A stretch of 64,000 bases of DNA. Source: Candidatus Obscuribacterales bacterium. Its GTDB lineage: Bacteria > Cyanobacteriota > Vampirovibrionia > Obscuribacterales > Obscuribacteraceae. Both the position numbers and the translations under genes were made by a program. Each line of letters opens with the position of its first letter. Position 1 is the first letter of the stretch. Shown piece by piece: positions 49,632 to 58,728 of this stretch. The notes under the pieces are model-generated. The model was not told the origin of the DNA. It was given only the letters and a program-made list of their open reading frames with translations, and did no database searches. The stretch lies in the NCBI GenBank assembly GCA_965228855.1, contig CBDDIJ010000002.1:1024001-1088000 (forward strand), in the 5' to 3' direction.

Positions 49632-50522
49632 ATGCCATCAATTCTTTCGGCCGACGATATTATAGAGATTGCCGGCGGGCGGCTGGCGCAGGGTCTGGTA
49701 CCGAGCGAGTCCGGACGAATCGTGACGGACACTCGTCAAGATTTAGAGGGCGCCTGGTTTCTGGCCCTCCAGGGGCAGGTCTACGACGGTCACGATTTCC
49801 TGGGCGATGCTTACTCCGGTGGCGCCATTGGGTGCATTGTCGAGGAGCGTCAGAATTACCCATTGCCTGCCGAAGCGCCTTTCCCGCTCATCGCAGTGCC
49901 GGAGACGTTGATTGCGCTTCGCGATTTGAGCAGAAACTGGCGGCGCCGGTTGGCGCTCAAAATGATTCTTGTCGTCAGCGCCGAGCGTGAGCGGGCATTT
50001 GGTTTAGCGGGCTACACCGCCAAAATCTTGTCTTCACGCTTTCCGACAAAGCTCATCGACTTCAGCACTTCTCCCGGCAATCCGCTCTCTGAGCTAATCG
50101 CGCTCGATGAGTCGACTCAGTTCGTTGTGGCGAGCATGGTGCCGCCTTGTATTGATGATGTTTTGTTCGAGTCCGCAGCGTTGTGTCCGAACATTCTGAT
50201 TTTCACGGACGAGCCTTTCGCGTACATGCGTCTGACCACGACGCCAGAGGAACTTGAGAAAGGCATGATGAATCTTCTGTCCTCAATGGATCGACGACCG
50301 GGTCTGGTGCTGGCTTGTGGAACTGCGTCCGCGGTCGTGCGTGGTTTTGAAATGCCGCAAAACGCTACCTTCAAGGCGTTTCCGGGTGCGGCTTCCAATC
50401 CGCACGTGACCGGCGACGGCGAAGAACACTTTATGCCCAGTGCCGAAGAGAGCTGGTGTGTTGCGGAAGTCTGCAAGGATTGCGGAATTCCGGATGATAT
50501 CATATATGGTGCTTTTGTTTAA
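49632..50522 (+). CDS. Truncated/degenerate MurF-like protein (Mur ligase N-domain)
   Basis: TDTR...FLALQG..YDGHDF and ETLIALRDL match the MurF N-terminus; the P-loop is absent. Confidence 0.75.
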   Translation: MPSILSADDIIEIAGGRLAQGLVPSESGRIVTDTRQDLEGAWFLALQGQVYDGHDFLGDAYSGGAIGCIVEERQNYPLPAEAPFPLIAVPETLIALRDLSRNWRRRLALKMILVVSAERERAFGLAGYTAKILSSRFPTKLIDFSTSPGNPLSELIALDESTQFVVASMVPPCIDDVLFESAALCPNILIFTDEPFAYMRLTTTPEELEKGMMNLLSSMDRRPGLVLACGTASAVVRGFEMPQNATFKAFPGAASNPHVTGDGEEHFMPSAEESWCVAEVCKDCGIPDDIIYGAFV

Positions 50523-50600
50523 TTGGCTGGCAGGATGCGTCTAGCCGCATGGTTAGCGGCAGGAGCGTTATCTGTTGCTGTTAAACCTGCTCCGGTGCCT

Positions 50601-50993
50601 TCACGCCCGTTGTTCTGACGGATGTAAATGCCCTTTGCTGCGCGACACAAACAGGTAGAGCTGTTGAGTGAGCCACATTGTCCCAGGCAGAATGTAGAAA
50701 ACTGCGGCGATCTTTCCGAACGGCAAATTTTTGAGAATTATCGGCACGGCTTCCGGACCTTCCCATTCCAAGCCGTTCTCGTCGATTAAGAGCAGGCTCC
50801 ACTTCGAGCTATCCAGACGCTGAATCAGGTCAGTGGCACGCGGGCTCGTCGAGTCGCGATCGACAAAGACGAAGGATTGCTGCTTGTCCCACCATTTTAT
50901 GAGCGCGCCGAAATTTCGCACGACAGTGCAGCGCTCATCGCAAACGATGGTGAATGATAGGGACTCCTGGCATGCATTTGCGACAGTGTTCAT
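50601..50993 (-). CDS. DCC/DUF393-like thiol-disulfide protein, degenerate motif
   Basis: IVCDERCTVV, KWWDKQQSFVF, GPEAV, QLYLFVSRS. Confidence 0.7.
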   Translation of the reverse strand: MNTVANACQESLSFTIVCDERCTVVRNFGALIKWWDKQQSFVFVDRDSTSPRATDLIQRLDSSKWSLLLIDENGLEWEGPEAVPIILKNLPFGKIAAVFYILPGTMWLTQQLYLFVSRSKGHLHPSEQRA

Positions 50994-51315
50994 GTCAAGT
51001 GCACCTTCCCGGAAATTTTTTGAGTTGGTTAAGTTTAGCATTGGTTCACCTTTCCTGAGAAGCCGGTAGGATCAAATTTTTTGTGTTTTTTGAAAGTTTC
51101 AAAGTGTTCTTGGCAGCATGTTGTCATACTTAATTCTGTTGAATAAACCCTCTGCTTGAAAAGGGTGTTGGCTCAGAAAATGGGCATAACAAGTAAGTCT
51201 AGAGCGAGGATAGGTTGCTCTTTTCGGTCAATAGCACAGTAATCGCTGGAAGATGCTCGGGGTGTCGTTTTCGACTATGCCGGGCTTCTATCTCCATTGT
51301 CGAGGCATCTCTTAC

Positions 51316-54075
51316 GTGAGTGACGAACAACCGGAGGGAACGCTCCAATCGTCTGATAATGACGATGTCCTGAACACCGGTACGCATGAGCTTGCCGGTG
51401 AGTTGATTGCAAAACACTACGAAATTATCGGCGAGGCTGGATCCGGCAATGTTTCGCGAGTGTATCGAGCCAGGCATCTCTTGATCAATAAGATAGTGGC
51501 CATCAAGCTTCTGCATAAGCACAATCTCGCCAAGGCGAATACGATTATGCGTTTCCAGCGGGAAGCCACTATTGTTGCGCTTCTCGACCATCCGAACATA
51601 GTGAAGTTCTATGAGTTCGGTGTGCACTCGACTGAACAACCGTATTTGATCCTTGAGTTTGTCGAGGGCAAAACCCTTTCGCAGATCGTGGACGAGGGCG
51701 GTCCGCTGGAGCCGCGTCGCGCCTGCAGTCTGTTTATTCAAATCTTGGATGCGATAGAACACTTGCATCAGAACGACATTCTGCATCGTGACATCAAGCC
51801 CGACAACGTCATGCTTAACGAGAAGGATGTTGTGAAACTAGTTGATTTTGGTTTTGCCGGAAAACATCATCGAGATGAGGAAGAGCAGTCTCTGACAAAG
51901 GTAGGAGAGATTTTCGGCACGCCCAATTACATGAGCCCTGAGCAGCAGATGGGCAAAGAGCTTGATGAGCGGAGCGACATTTACTCGCTCAGCGCGCTGC
52001 TGTTTTTTCTTCTTGCCGGACGACCGCCGTTTCAAGCACAATCTACATTGACTACGCTGATGCAACATGCAAGCGAGGCACCGCCATCGGTGGCGTCGAG
52101 AGTTTCCGATTCTGAACTCGCAAAAAGGCTCGACGATGTAATAGCTCATGGATTAGCCAAGGAGCCGGAGAATCGAATTCAAACAATAGAGCAGTTTCGA
52201 TCCCAAATCGAGAAGATAGTGGGAGTCGATTCATCCGCAGTTAGAAAAACATCTGCAATGTCTCCGATTTCGTCTTCGTCGAAAGACCAGGTAGAACGCG
52301 CACCTCGTTCAACTGCCAAAGTGATGAAGGTCACGGCCGGCGCGGCTGTTTTACTTCTTATCGTTGGCGGATTTATTGTGATGAGCAATGCCAAGAAAGC
52401 AGATCGAGAACGCGAGGAACGAGCAGCGAAGGCGAAGTCGGAAGAGAATCGTCCGCAAACTCGTGAGGAGATGATCGCGCTCTGGAAGCATCTTGATATG
52501 AAAGGACAGACGCAGTTTAACACCGGACAGTACGCGCTGAGTGAAAAAACGTTTCGTCATGCTCTAGAGTTGGGGCGACAAATTGATCCTGATGGACCGC
52601 AAGTTCAAAACGCTCTGGAAGAGTTGATCGATCTCTCGACGGCTCAAAACAAGCCTCCGGAGCCAACCTGGGAGAAAGCGCTGAAACGCATAACGTCGGT
52701 CGCGCTGAAACTGCAGCAGAAAGAAAGTGCTGAACTCAAGCGAGATGCGGAACGTTTAGCCGGAGGTAAGAATCCAGGAACCAAGGCTGATTTGGCTGAG
52801 GTGAAGCGCGTGGTTGGTGGCTCGATCGAGTGCGCCCAGGAGTTGTATTGGCTCGGTGATATCGATGGAGCCTTGTCGTTGTTGAACAGCCTGGATGCTG
52901 TGGGGAAGAGGTTTCCTGAGATTCATAGATCGTGGGATGCAGTGGTTCGATATTTGAAGACAGAGGAAAGTTCTTATCGTTCTTCCGTGGATGTTGCTGC
53001 GGAGGCGCGTCCAACGCTGGTGGCTCTGGAACGTGATATTGCGAATGCGAAAAAAATGCCTGACTACGATCGGGCGCAGTTGGCAGAACATTATCGCGCG
53101 GCTTCTTTGATGGCGCGCCGGCTGAACGACTATCCGAAGGCAATGCTCTATCTGAAAGAGTCGACCGACGCTGTATTGAGCGCGTCCGGACCGACAAGTT
53201 CTCGCTATGGCAACGCCTTGATTGCCGAGGCTTTTCTCTACGATGATCTCGGGCAGCGCGGCAAGGCTCAGCAGAAAGCGCTTGCAGCCTTGAAAGTCTA
53301 CAAGGGACCGAAAGTTTCTGAGGCTTCGGATCCGAGCAATCTGAACCGGGTGGCGGACATCTACACTTTCCTTGGCGACTACAGCAATGCTGCAAGTACG
53401 CTCAGCGAGTCGCTCGCGTTGCAGCAAAAAGCGGAGATGAAAAACTATGCTCGAATTGGTGACTGTTTAGTCCAGATTGCGCATGTTGGTGTTTTGCAGA
53501 AACGCACTGAGGGACTGGCTCCGCTTCTGAAGCGCGCGATCGCTATTCGGAAACGCATTTATCCGGAAATTGTAAATTACATCAGCGCTCCTTTGCGAAC
53601 GCTAGGAACCATCGCGCTTCTGGAAGGTAGAGCTCAGGCAGCCGAGGGCTTCTACAAGCACGCGTTGGAGTTGGATCTGTCGGATAGAAGGGATCCGAAA
53701 CATGCTTCTGCAGCCGAGGATTACGCCGCGCTTGCTAAGGTGTACGCCAGTTATGGCACCAGGGGTGGTGACGAAAAAGCGGTGGCGGCTTTGAAATCTC
53801 AAATTGAAACTGTTTTGCGTACATACGGAAATCGAGGCGGGGTCGTGATTCCAGTGCAATTAGAGATTGCGCGCATCTATGAAAAGCGCGGTGAGTACGA
53901 TGCTGCTAGCAAAATTTTGATTGAAGCCGAAAAGTTGGCGGAAAAGTCGGAAGTCCCTATCGCGCCTCGAAGTCTGGCGCGTGTGTACATGCAGCACGCT
54001 AAGGTTTTAGAAGAGCTGGGTCGCCCCGACGAAGCCGCAAAACTGCGAGAGAAGTCGAACCAGGGCCGCTACTAG
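51316..54075 (+). CDS. Ser/Thr protein kinase with TM and C-terminal TPR array
   Basis: GSGNVSRV, VAIK, HRDIKPDN, DFG, GTPNYMSPE; TPR-like helices; start uncertain. Confidence 0.93.
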   Translation: MSDEQPEGTLQSSDNDDVLNTGTHELAGELIAKHYEIIGEAGSGNVSRVYRARHLLINKIVAIKLLHKHNLAKANTIMRFQREATIVALLDHPNIVKFYEFGVHSTEQPYLILEFVEGKTLSQIVDEGGPLEPRRACSLFIQILDAIEHLHQNDILHRDIKPDNVMLNEKDVVKLVDFGFAGKHHRDEEEQSLTKVGEIFGTPNYMSPEQQMGKELDERSDIYSLSALLFFLLAGRPPFQAQSTLTTLMQHASEAPPSVASRVSDSELAKRLDDVIAHGLAKEPENRIQTIEQFRSQIEKIVGVDSSAVRKTSAMSPISSSSKDQVERAPRSTAKVMKVTAGAAVLLLIVGGFIVMSNAKKADREREERAAKAKSEENRPQTREEMIALWKHLDMKGQTQFNTGQYALSEKTFRHALELGRQIDPDGPQVQNALEELIDLSTAQNKPPEPTWEKALKRITSVALKLQQKESAELKRDAERLAGGKNPGTKADLAEVKRVVGGSIECAQELYWLGDIDGALSLLNSLDAVGKRFPEIHRSWDAVVRYLKTEESSYRSSVDVAAEARPTLVALERDIANAKKMPDYDRAQLAEHYRAASLMARRLNDYPKAMLYLKESTDAVLSASGPTSSRYGNALIAEAFLYDDLGQRGKAQQKALAALKVYKGPKVSEASDPSNLNRVADIYTFLGDYSNAASTLSESLALQQKAEMKNYARIGDCLVQIAHVGVLQKRTEGLAPLLKRAIAIRKRIYPEIVNYISAPLRTLGTIALLEGRAQAAEGFYKHALELDLSDRRDPKHASAAEDYAALAKVYASYGTRGGDEKAVAALKSQIETVLRTYGNRGGVVIPVQLEIARIYEKRGEYDAASKILIEAEKLAEKSEVPIAPRSLARVYMQHAKVLEELGRPDEAAKLREKSNQGRY

Positions 54076-54100
54076 AGTGTCCGTGTGTCCGTAACTGTTA

Positions 54101-54467
54101 CTACTATATGCCCTCGTTAGGGCTGATGGGCGAAAGTTTTACAGAGTAAGGATCCAGGGAGTCGGTCCCTTTAGGGATGACTTGAAAAGTGGTTGTTTGG
54201 CTACGCCAAGATGACGGAATTCGCAATTTTCGGCATTCTGGCGTAGACAACTTTCCCGAGCGGACCGGCCGTTCATCGGAACTGATGATTCGCATGGGGT
54301 GCCAGAGCGTGAGGAAGATGTCTATCCTGCGATGCCAGATTCCGCGAATTCCGTCATCGTGGCGTAGCCAAAACGCTTTTTTTCAAGGACTCTCTTAAGT
54401 GTTGATCCTGCAGATGCCGACAGTATGGGGAGTCTGGGCAGATCAACGGAGCTAGATCATATAGTAG
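54101..54467. repeat. Back-to-back inverted pair of 53-bp core plus ATATAGTAG modules
   Basis: Cores at 54197-54249 (-) and 54319-54371 (+); CTACTATAT starts at 54101 and ATATAGTAG ends at 54467, each 96 nt from its core. Confidence 0.88.
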
Positions 54468-54480
54468 GCATGTCCTGGTG

Positions 54481-54523
54481 AAAAAGAGGCACCCAGGCTT
54501 GTTTTGCAACAGGCCTGGGTGCC
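54481..54523 (-). terminator. Intrinsic terminator of htpX
   Basis: A5 plus GGCACCCAGGC/GCCTGGGTGCC stem. Confidence 0.8.
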
Positions 54524-54529
54524 GGAAGG

Positions 54530-55588
54530 CTACATGATGCGGGGACAGCTGCCGCCGGACATCTCGTCGAGCATCTTGAGGCGCTCGGGGATCGGCGGGT
54601 GGTTTTCGCCCAGACCCTTCCACCAACGGCGGATGGAGGCGAAGACACCGCCCTTGTTCTTCTTCGGGTCGCCGGTGAACTCGTTGTCGAAATCCGACAC
54701 GAGAAGCAGCGGGCTCAGACCGGAGATGAGGAAACGCGTCTTCATGTCGGGTCCGCTGTGGAAGGTCATCCAGAGGACGATCTTCTGGAGCGAGGTCGAC
54801 AGCGCGCAGGGATTGTTGGTCCACAGCGCGGCGAGCGCGTCGGCATGGCTTTCGCGGCAGCGGCTCACGAACAGCGTGACGAACTTCGCGAAGATGCTGA
54901 CGATGTAGAAGAGAATCGCCATGACGATGAAGCCGGCGATGCCGCCAGTCGTCGCGAAGAAGCCCTTCTTCTGCTTGTTGACCTTGTTCTCCAGCTTGTC
55001 GAGCAGCGTCGCCGACTTGCGGGAACTGAACACGCCGTGAAACAGCCAGGGCAGACCCTGCGCAACGATCAGGCTGAACGCCGAGCCGAGCACCGCGGTG
55101 AACGAAGTGATCGCGACGTCGTGAGCCTTCACGTGCGCGAGTTCGTGAGCCAGAATGGCTTCAAGCTCGTCATCGTTGAGACCGACTTCGAACAGTCCTT
55201 CGGTTGCGGCGATGAAGGCGTTCCGCGGGTTGCGGCCGGTGGCGAAGGCGTTCGGCACGGGCAGCGGCGAAACATAAACCGGCGGCTTCACGGGAAGCCC
55301 GGTCACGGGGTAGAGCTTGTCGACGAGGCGCACCAGACGCGCGTGGTCCGGGTCGTTGAGATTCGGCGCCTGGCATCGCATCAGCTTCTTCACGAGAGTG
55401 CCTGAGTGATACCAGCCGAGCAGCGGAAAGAGAACCCAGAGGCCCAGGATGATCATGCCGAACGACCAGTGGAACCCGAGGTACCACAGACCGCCGACCG
55501 AGAGGGCAGCCAGGAACAGAACACCGAGCGCCGTCTGAATCCAGGTCATGGAGATTCGACGCTTGATGGCGGAGTGATTGTGTGCCAT
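54530..55588 (-). CDS. htpX: HtpX-like M48 zinc metalloprotease
   Basis: PNAFATGRNP, LAHELAHV, SRCRESHAD, HPPIPERL. Confidence 0.92.
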   Translation of the reverse strand: MAHNHSAIKRRISMTWIQTALGVLFLAALSVGGLWYLGFHWSFGMIILGLWVLFPLLGWYHSGTLVKKLMRCQAPNLNDPDHARLVRLVDKLYPVTGLPVKPPVYVSPLPVPNAFATGRNPRNAFIAATEGLFEVGLNDDELEAILAHELAHVKAHDVAITSFTAVLGSAFSLIVAQGLPWLFHGVFSSRKSATLLDKLENKVNKQKKGFFATTGGIAGFIVMAILFYIVSIFAKFVTLFVSRCRESHADALAALWTNNPCALSTSLQKIVLWMTFHSGPDMKTRFLISGLSPLLLVSDFDNEFTGDPKKNKGGVFASIRRWWKGLGENHPPIPERLKMLDEMSGGSCPRIM

Positions 55589-56174
55589 CCGAAAGTCCCT
55601 TTATGTGAGAGTTGTTGTTTCAGGTGCAAGAAAACAGCCACCGCGCCGACTTTGGAGAGCAGCGTGACGACTGGGTTTTAGCGATCCTGTATGACTTCAC
55701 CCACGAATGAGTGGGCTAACAGAGAGAAAAGTAGCGTGGGGGGAACGCTTTAGAAGGCCTGCAGTGAAACCAAAAGAAACTGAAATAAGAACTTTGGAAG
55801 TCTACTTAACTCGCTATTCTTGGCTCAAGAAGAAATAATTAGAGAGTCTATAAGTAATGACCAAAGTTACTAATTAGCGCGTCTTGACATTTTGGAACAT
55901 AGTTTGCGCGGCTCGCGATATGGAGGGATTGACCACGGATGGTTTCGGTTTCGCTTGTGGAAGCCTCTTGTCAAGCGGGTTTCCCGCGTGTTGTTTTGAA
56001 GTTTCTGTTTCAAAACAACCAGACCTTAATCGACCGCTGATACTAAATACGGTGTCAGTGATGTGTCGTTTTCGACATGAGCTGGCAGCCTGTGTTTCAA
56101 AAACTTATGGCTAGCTGAGTCGCGATGAACCGGAACATAGCCATTCTGACATCATTGAAAGTCAGAATTGACGA

Positions 56175-56396
56175 TTATTTTTTATAGCCTTCGGCGGCGA
56201 GCCGCTCAACTGTCCACATGCGTACGAGCGTGCCGAGAGGCATCTTCTTTTGATCGGCAGCCTTCATTAGAAGTAGCATCGTTTCTTCGTCAACCCTGAA
56301 CTGAACAGTGCCTGCAACACTGACTTCTTTTTTAGCCTTTGCTCTTAGGTTGTCTAACCGGTCTTGGGCGCTAAGTTTGTTATTATGCAATTTCAT
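56175..56396 (-). CDS. Probable ribbon-helix-helix (CopG/BrnA-like) antitoxin
   Basis: TVQFRVDEETMLLLMKAADQKKMPLGTLVRMWTVERL pattern; directly downstream of a toxin-like ORF. Confidence 0.7.
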   Translation of the reverse strand: MKLHNNKLSAQDRLDNLRAKAKKEVSVAGTVQFRVDEETMLLLMKAADQKKMPLGTLVRMWTVERLAAEGYKK

Positions 56397-56399
56397 TGT

Positions 56400-56735
56400 T
56401 CATAACCTGTCTTCGAAGTCGTTTTTGTATTTCTTGCCTGCATCCATGGCATGAAAGATGTGCTCTCTATCTTCATCTTCAAAGTACTCAATGCCAATTT
56501 CTAAGATACGTCCTTCATAGGTCCATCCGATGATCATGGCTCTGGTATTGCCTCGGACGCTAGGGTCCAAGTCCTCGGCATAGGTGAGTTCTGAGGCAAA
56601 AACCTGTTGAATTTCCGACCGGGTGACTTCGTGTTTTGCTAGTTGGGAATCTTCGTAGGTTGTGTCAGGTAAATGATCCTCCGTCTGTCCTTTATTGTAA
56701 TACAAAACAGGACGACTGTGCGGACACCTCCTCAT
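56400..56735 (-). CDS. Probable BrnT/RelE-superfamily toxin (start uncertain)
   Basis: LAKHEVTRSEIQQVF...RAMIIGWTYEGRILEIG...IFHAM pattern; small two-gene arrangement. Confidence 0.65.
   Translation of the reverse strand: MRRCPHSRPVLYYNKGQTEDHLPDTTYEDSQLAKHEVTRSEIQQVFASELTYAEDLDPSVRGNTRAMIIGWTYEGRILEIGIEYFEDEDREHIFHAMDAGKKYKNDFEDRL
56687..56713. promoter_or_regulatory. Palindromic operator overlapping a TACAAT -10 hexamer
   Basis: GTCCTTTATTGTA-A-TACAAAACAGGAC (11/13 inverted match). Confidence 0.6.
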
Positions 56736-57829
56736 TTCTGCTGTCGAAAAAAGCGGCTGAAATTACCGTCTAGGTTGTATAGATGGTCGGGTATTTGTGG
56801 AAAAACAGTGACTAATTCGTCGGGCGTTTTTGGCCTAGGTCCAAGTTGTAAAACAGACTGAAGGTCAATGTGTTCGATGTACGGTGCAACGCGCTCGCGG
56901 AGGTCCGGGCCAAACCAACTAATCCATGTCCTCACATCGGGAATTCCGGCCCAATAGCTTTCATTACCAAATCCCCACTTCGTTCCTATGACTTCATTCT
57001 GAGAGTACAGTACGGGCGAATTTACGAGGCCACCCGCATAGATAGCACTTAAGGCGTCGGCAATTTTCGGAATTAAACCAGTTAGAGTATCCAGTTGGTC
57101 GTTCTTGATAGCTTCTAAGCAATTTAATTCTAGAGTGAATGTTGATAGCGGTCTCTCGTTGGAAAGAAGCCGAGATAAGCTGTTCGCGGTAGGAAGGCTC
57201 AGTTTTCCTTCAATGCATGGTTGGTCGGCAGTCCACATAAGAAACCCATCACTCAGCTCTTGTTGTCTGGTGCAAGTTTTGATGAAGCCCTCTAGCCCAT
57301 CTCTTTCATAGTTACCTTGAAAAGGCGGAGCCCCACCGAATCGCCGAGGAAGGCAGAATGACGCTTCATCCTGCAGAATCGATATCACCTTTCTGACTTG
57401 GCTTGTGTTCATACTACCTATCGCAAACCATTTGAGAGTGAGCAAGCAAATTTCTTGTTTGATGTCCTTCCGGAAAGAGAAGACCTTGTTTCTTGGAAAT
57501 AAAAGCTCATTTGTCAGGGGCGCATATAGTAGACCCTGCAGCTGAGATGCTAAATCGCACCCAAACTGTATTGCCTTATCCAGGTACCGATCTGATGATG
57601 TGAGCGTTACTAAAGTATTGAAATTTTCAGCATCGGCGATTGGAACATCCTCCGGTTCAACATTAAGAGAAGGCCAATCGAAATAAAATAGCGAGCGACC
57701 TTCCGAGTCGATAAAATGTAGCTCGGTCATTTCTTCAACTAAAGTTAGGTTGTGATTGCAAGCCACGACTTTAAGAAAAGCCACATCTACTGGCAACTCA
57801 AGATATAAATCGAGCCAAATTATTTGCAT
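56732..57829 (-). CDS. Hypothetical protein with AT-rich codon usage
   Basis: Long ORF; GAGG before ATG 57829. Confidence 0.75.
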   Translation of the reverse strand: MQIIWLDLYLELPVDVAFLKVVACNHNLTLVEEMTELHFIDSEGRSLFYFDWPSLNVEPEDVPIADAENFNTLVTLTSSDRYLDKAIQFGCDLASQLQGLLYAPLTNELLFPRNKVFSFRKDIKQEICLLTLKWFAIGSMNTSQVRKVISILQDEASFCLPRRFGGAPPFQGNYERDGLEGFIKTCTRQQELSDGFLMWTADQPCIEGKLSLPTANSLSRLLSNERPLSTFTLELNCLEAIKNDQLDTLTGLIPKIADALSAIYAGGLVNSPVLYSQNEVIGTKWGFGNESYWAGIPDVRTWISWFGPDLRERVAPYIEHIDLQSVLQLGPRPKTPDELVTVFPQIPDHLYNLDGNFSRFFRQQK

Positions 57830-58086
57830 ACAAACCTCAATCCGTTGCAAGGGATACCATTATTACAATATGTCCGACCAGGCTAGTAAGACCAAGCGCT
57901 CTTCGGAAGCTGTGAAGTGGACCCGGTCCGTAGACAACCTCACACGGGTTGGCTAAGGTATAAGTGGTGGTACTACTGGCGGTGTCCTTCGGCGGCAACG
58001 TGACAGACCGCCTGGCGCATTTTGTTACAACCCATTGAAATGAGATAATCAAGCCTCACCGCCGAGGCCACTGCTGGAGACGGTCA

Positions 58087-58647
58087 ATGTTTAGAAGACT
58101 TTATTTGTCTGCATTTTCATTTTTTTGTTTGTCCATGTTTCATATTCTGTTTTTCCTTCCAAGCTCGGCATTCGAAGAACCGACAGAGTCGATTTTTCCT
58201 GACTTATCTTTTTTGGTAAATGAAGGTAAGTTTCCGGATTACAATGCGAGATGGTTCAGGAAGCTGGACACGATAGGTTTCGACATTGATTTTGTACCCA
58301 ATGCCTTTACCCGCGACGAAGAAGTACTAATAAAAGCTAATGCACGTAAACGATTGGAATCAAGCGGATTGAAGATTGTTGATCGCTTTGAGGCGAGCTC
58401 GAAAAAGTACCCGTTTTTTTTAATTAAGGTATACGCACTGTCTGGTTCCGCGAAAAAAATGACTTTCATTTCTGCGGACTTAATCCGAGAAGTTAGCCTT
58501 TGCGATGTTGATACGGAGCGTGGATTCACCTCCGTATGGCATAAATACTATTTCTGCAAATCAGAAGTGGTAGCAAATACGGTGCTAAAGGAAGTGATAG
58601 AGGAATTCCTGGACTTGAACACGCGATCAGAAAGAGTTGGAAAGTAG
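58087..58647 (+). CDS. Hypothetical secreted protein, AT-rich
   Basis: GGAGA RBS; signal-like N-terminus. Confidence 0.7.
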   Translation: MFRRLYLSAFSFFCLSMFHILFFLPSSAFEEPTESIFPDLSFLVNEGKFPDYNARWFRKLDTIGFDIDFVPNAFTRDEEVLIKANARKRLESSGLKIVDRFEASSKKYPFFLIKVYALSGSAKKMTFISADLIREVSLCDVDTERGFTSVWHKYYFCKSEVVANTVLKEVIEEFLDLNTRSERVGK

Positions 58648-58728
58648 GATGCATTAGCCAATATTTCGCCACCTGCTGTTTGGGAAGTATGCGGGGAACA
58701 GCTACTATTAGACGACCTAACTTCTACA

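Noticed and set aside
57853..58086. Possible toxin-tip remnant between the two AT-rich orphans
   Set aside because: Only short ORFs and no recognisable motif.
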